Source: Horticoccus sp. 23ND18S-11
GTDB taxonomy: Bacteria; Verrucomicrobiota; Verrucomicrobiia; Opitutales; Opitutaceae
Reading direction: 5' to 3' (one strand)
Length of the DNA: 24,000 nucleotides
NCBI RefSeq assembly: GCF_047521145.1
Contig: NZ_JBKOKE010000001.1
The first letter of the stretch is position 1. Every line of letters begins with the position of its first letter. The position numbers and the translations under genes were made by a program. The notes beneath the pieces are model-generated. The model ran no database searches. It was not told the origin of the DNA and saw nothing but the letters and a program-made list of their open reading frames with translations. Of the stretch, positions 22,496-24,000 are shown in pieces.

Positions 22496-23310
22496 TGATC
22501 TCCCGGCCTCCAGTTTCCCGTCTTAAGTGCGGCCGCAATCGCGGCCCAAGCGGACCCGTCCGCCGTAGGCTTGGCGAAGGTGCACCTGTCCGCCGTAGGC
22601 TCGGCGAAGGCGGATTCACCCTCCTCGAACTCCTCCTCGCCACCGCCATCGGCGCGGTCGTGCTGCTGGTGGTCAACGCCACGTTTTTCTCCGCGCTGCG
22701 CCTGCACAACGCCACGCATGATCGGATCGACGGCGATCTCGTGATTCAGCGCACGCTGGGCATCGTGCGCCGCGATCTCGCGGGAATCATGATCCCGCCC
22801 AACCCGCAGGCGACGACGCCCAAGCTGTCCGGGCAGCTGGTCACCGACGGTGCGACGACCAACGCGATGGACGCCACCGCCGAACGCATCACGCCGGACA
22901 TCTACACGAACTCCGGCCGGCTTGATGGCTGGTCGACCTTCTCCGATGTGCAGATGGTGTCGTATTATCTCGCGCCGGCCACCGATGGATCGCCGACGAA
23001 GAATCTCGTGCGCGTCGTGACCCGCAACCTGCTCCCCGTGATCGAGGCGACCACCGAGGATCAGACGCTGCTGACCGGCGTCACGGCTGCCGCGATGAGT
23101 TATTTCGATGGCGAAAACTGGCTCGATATCTGGGACTCGACGGCGAGCAGCAGTCTGCCGACCGCCATCAAGTTCAGCGTCGTGGTCGCGCCGCGCGATC
23201 GCACCGTGTCCAGCGCGGAGCCCGCGCCGATTGAACTGATCGTGCCGGTGATCGTGAAGACGATTGCCACGTTGCAGCAGGAAGTCGCCGCGGAGGCGGC
23301 GTCGCTATGA
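22495..23310 (+). CDS. gspJ: Minor pseudopilin, GspJ-like
   Basis: The start ATG 22495 overlaps the gspI stop (TGATG). The 40-aa leader ends in GEGG|FTLLELLLATAIGAVVLLVV. The mature part is about 231 aa and sits in the expected position before gspK. Confidence 0.6.
   Translation: MISRPPVSRLKCGRNRGPSGPVRRRLGEGAPVRRRLGEGGFTLLELLLATAIGAVVLLVVNATFFSALRLHNATHDRIDGDLVIQRTLGIVRRDLAGIMIPPNPQATTPKLSGQLVTDGATTNAMDATAERITPDIYTNSGRLDGWSTFSDVQMVSYYLAPATDGSPTKNLVRVVTRNLLPVIEATTEDQTLLTGVTAAAMSYFDGENWLDIWDSTASSSLPTAIKFSVVVAPRDRTVSSAEPAPIELIVPVIVKTIATLQQEVAAEAASL
22558..22617 (+). repeat. 30-bp tandem duplication within the gspJ leader-coding region
   Basis: gtccgccgtaggcttggcgaaggtgcacct (22558-22587) is followed by gtccgccgtaggctcggcgaaggcggattc (22588-22617). 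The first 23 nt match at 22 of 23 positions. The duplication encodes VRRRLGEGAP then VRRRLGEGGF. Confidence 0.9.
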
Positions 23311-24000
23311 AGCGCGTTTACGAACGCCCCCTCGCTTCCAGTCGTGGCTACGAGCGCCAGCGAGTGGCGCTGGCTCCCCGTTCGTCGCGCGGCTCCGTCC
23401 TGATCATCGTGATGTGGATCTGCCTCGGGCTCGTCGCGCTCGCGCTGTATTTCGCCAACTCGATGAACTCGGAGCTGCGCGCCGGCGACAACCGCGTCGC
23501 CGAGGTCGCGGCCCGCCAGGCCATCGCCGGCGGCATCCGCTACGCGACGTCTGTGCTGACCCAATACGCCGTCGGCGGGACGGTGCCGGCCCTCGAGGAT
23601 TATCGCGCGGAGGCCGTGCCAGTGGGTGACGAGGCCAGTTTCTGGTTCATCGGTCGCGCCTATGATGCGTTGCCCTCGCAGCAACAGACCAACGAGCCTT
23701 TCTTCGCGCTCGTCGATGAGGCGTCGAAGCTGAATCTCAACACCGTGACGTCGGCGATGCTGCAGGCGCTGCCGCTGCCCGACATGACGCCCGAGTTTGC
23801 CGACGCGATCGTGGCGTGGCGGAGTGCCAACAGCCAGAACGCGGCGATCGCCGAGAACTATTATTCGCAGCTCGACCCGCCGCGGCACAACAAGGGCGCG
23901 GCCTACGAAACCGTCGACGAGCTCCGGCTCATCAACGGCGCGATGCTCCCGCTCGTGCTCGGCGAGGACATCAATCGTAACGGCGTGCTCGATGCCAATG
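23307..24000 (+). CDS. gspK: Type II secretion minor pseudopilin GspK (partial, runs off the window)
   Basis: My own translation from ATG 23307 (an ATGA overlap with the gspJ stop) gives ...RGSVLIIVMWICLGLVALALYF..., ...FALVDEASKLNLNTVTSAMLQAL...FADAIVAWR and ...ETVDELRLINGA.... These are GspK hallmarks. No stop occurs before position 24000. An alternative start is GTG 23364. Confidence 0.85.
   Translation, partial: MKRVYERPLASSRGYERQRVALAPRSSRGSVLIIVMWICLGLVALALYFANSMNSELRAGDNRVAEVAARQAIAGGIRYATSVLTQYAVGGTVPALEDYRAEAVPVGDEASFWFIGRAYDALPSQQQTNEPFFALVDEASKLNLNTVTSAMLQALPLPDMTPEFADAIVAWRSANSQNAAIAENYYSQLDPPRHNKGAAYETVDELRLINGAMLPLVLGEDINRNGVLDAN
23347..23374. repeat. Copy of a family C palindrome arm inside the gspK 5' coding region
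   Basis: gctacgagcgccagcgagtgg (23347-23367) equals the reverse complement of the right arm at 6116-6136. It differs by one nt from the left arm at 6087-6107. The following cgctggc forms a short local hairpin gccagcg-agtgg-cgctggc. Confidence 0.85.

Noticed and set aside
21015-22614. The RR pairs in the pseudopilin leaders read as twin-arginine (Tat) signals
   Set aside because: There is no S/T-R-R-x-F-L-K context. The RR is followed within 5 residues by the class III G|FTLxE cleavage/methylation motif, which is incompatible with a Tat h-region.

Overview
This is a GC-rich chromosomal window from a Gram-negative bacterium. The protein sequences and repeat style suggest a Verrucomicrobiota/Opitutales-like organism, but that is an unverified guess. 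About 70% of the window is housekeeping. On the minus strand there is a Fur-family regulator followed by sufC and sufB. After that come an OprO/P-type porin, a VanY-like M15 peptidase, trxB, an M19 dipeptidase, a small membrane protein, an SSS symporter, a UvrD/PcrA helicase, a DUF4139 secreted protein, proB, frr and pyrH. From about 17.2 kb a plus-strand type II secretion-like operon begins. It encodes a Gly-rich secreted protein overlapping gspE, then gspF, gspG, three minor pseudopilins and gspK, which runs off the window end. No gspC, gspD or gspO is visible. The accessory content is a REPtron at about 13.26-14.1 kb. It has an IS200/Y1-type RayT-like gene flanked by inverted pairs of a 23-nt REP, one more perfect REP copy in frame inside the RayT CDS, and an 11-bp tandem array. 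Most of the larger intergenic gaps carry a different long palindromic element whose arms are short tandem repeats (7-nt or 9-nt period). The most unusual observation concerns the four prepilin-type genes. All have forced leader peptides of 26-40 aa ending in a shared module, RR-x-x-G-[E/G]-G-G just before FTLxE; this is conserved at the nucleotide level in three of the four genes and tandemly duplicated in one. The gspK 5' end also contains a copy of an intergenic palindrome arm found 17 kb away. Many long antisense ORFs in the track are high-GC artefacts and were rejected.
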